Origin: Blastocatellia bacterium | GTDB lineage: Bacteria > Acidobacteriota > Blastocatellia > HR10 | Direction of reading: 5' to 3' | Assembly (NCBI GenBank): GCA_025055075.1 | Contig: JANWYV010000045.1 | Location: forward strand, 22,423-86,422 | Length of the DNA: 64,000 bases | In this document: piece by piece, positions 63,267-64,000 of the stretch | Layout of the letters: the number at the start of each line of letters is the position of its first letter | Numbering within the stretch: the first letter of the stretch is position 1 | Position numbers and translations under genes: made by a program | The notes under the pieces: generated by a model | Database searches by the model: none | What the model was told of the DNA's origin: nothing | Seen by the model: the letters and a program-made list of their open reading frames with translations, nothing else

Positions 63267-64000
63267 TCACCGAGGCGCGCGAGAACCATTCCCGACTCGC
63301 GATGCACGCCTTGTGCCTGTCCGAGGCGGAAAGATCATGGAGAGATCGCGCAAGCTCTCCCGAAGGAGAGCGCGAACGATTCGAGGGGGGATGTCGTCGC
63401 GCACCGTCACATGCCCGATGCGCGTCGGAAGCACGAAGGTCAATCGTCCCGCTCGCGCCTTCTTATCATGGCGCATCGCGGCCAGGATCTCGTCCGGATC
63501 AAGATCGGCGATCGAAGGAAAAGGCCCGCAGGCGGCGATCGCCTGCCGAAGGCGCTCGGCCTCCTCGGGAGCGAACATCTTCAGACGAACGGCCAAGCGT
63601 CCGGCCATGAGCATCCCGTAACCGACGGCCTCGCCATGTTTCAATCGGCGATAGCGCGTGACGGCCTCCAGCGCATGTCCGAAAGTGTGGCCGAAGTTGA
63701 GAATACGCCGAAGCCCGGATTCTCGCTCGTCGCGTCGCACGATCTCGGCTTTGATTTCGCAGCAGCGTCGAATCATCGGCACGAGGGCCGTCGCCTCGCC
63801 ATTTTTCAGCGCCTCCATGCGCGCGACGATGTGATCGAAGAGCCTTGCATCCCGAATGACGCCATACTTAAGCGCCTCGCATAAACCGGCCTCCATCTCC
63901 CGAGGCGGGAGCGTGCGCAGAGTCGCGACGTCGGCGAGCACAAGGCGCGGTTGGTGAAACGCGCCGACGAGATTCTTCCCTTGCGGTAAGTTCACGCCGG
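63267..64000 (-). CDS. aroB: 3-dehydroquinate synthase, C-terminal part (gene continues past window end)
   Basis: Motifs are NLPQGKNLVGAFHQP and GHTFGHALE (metal-binding His). Only about 240 codons are in the window. Confidence 0.8.
   Translation of the reverse strand, partial: GVNLPQGKNLVGAFHQPRLVLADVATLRTLPPREMEAGLCEALKYGVIRDARLFDHIVARMEALKNGEATALVPMIRRCCEIKAEIVRRDERESGLRRILNFGHTFGHALEAVTRYRRLKHGEAVGYGMLMAGRLAVRLKMFAPEEAERLRQAIAACGPFPSIADLDPDEILAAMRHDKKARAGRLTFVLPTRIGHVTVRDDIPPRIVRALLRESLRDLSMIFPPRTGTRRASRVGNGSRAPR

Overview
This is a GC-rich chromosomal segment (about two-thirds G+C by eye, not computed) from a diderm bacterium. The gene content suggests an Acidobacteriota-like, possibly thermophilic organism. 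The supporting genes are a sortilin/BNR-repeat exported protein, an Acidobacteria-style VWA protein, 2-oxoacid:ferredoxin oxidoreductase, LolA/LolCD lipoprotein sorting, a TAT-exported molybdo-hydroxylase and Arg/Glu-rich proteins. This taxonomy is inference only. I call about 60 protein-coding genes at high coding density with many 1-4 nt start/stop overlaps. Most are housekeeping or core metabolism: larB-like, murQ, birA, trmFO, xerC, ispG, pncA, rpsA, thiE, korAB, hutI, aroK/aroA/aroB(partial) and degP. I found no rRNA, tRNA, CRISPR array, IS element or prophage by eye. Six modules look non-standard. (i) A translationally coupled pair: a zinc-ribbon/TM/DUF4097 membrane protein and a SagB/ThcOx-type dehydrogenase. 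(ii) An orphan pair: an HprK-like P-loop kinase and a PF14907-type nucleotidyltransferase. This is the tailoring pair known from lasso-peptide/RiPP neighbourhoods. An SD-preceded 52-codon ORF overlaps the junction, but no cyclase or protease is in the window. (iii) A complete Lol-like locus with two LolA-fold proteins flanking a single-permease LolCD. (iv) A 595-aa family-A DNA polymerase with a 3'-5' exonuclease but no 5' nuclease, next to a 385-nt lower-GC intergenic region. (v) A TAT-exported CoxSLM-type molybdo-hydroxylase followed by a coupled small Cys-rich ORF. (vi) An orphan TadG-like protein next to a secreted zinc metalloprotease. Many long ORFs in the six-frame track are alternate-frame artefacts of the high GC content. 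Several start codons were re-assigned by hand and are uncertain.
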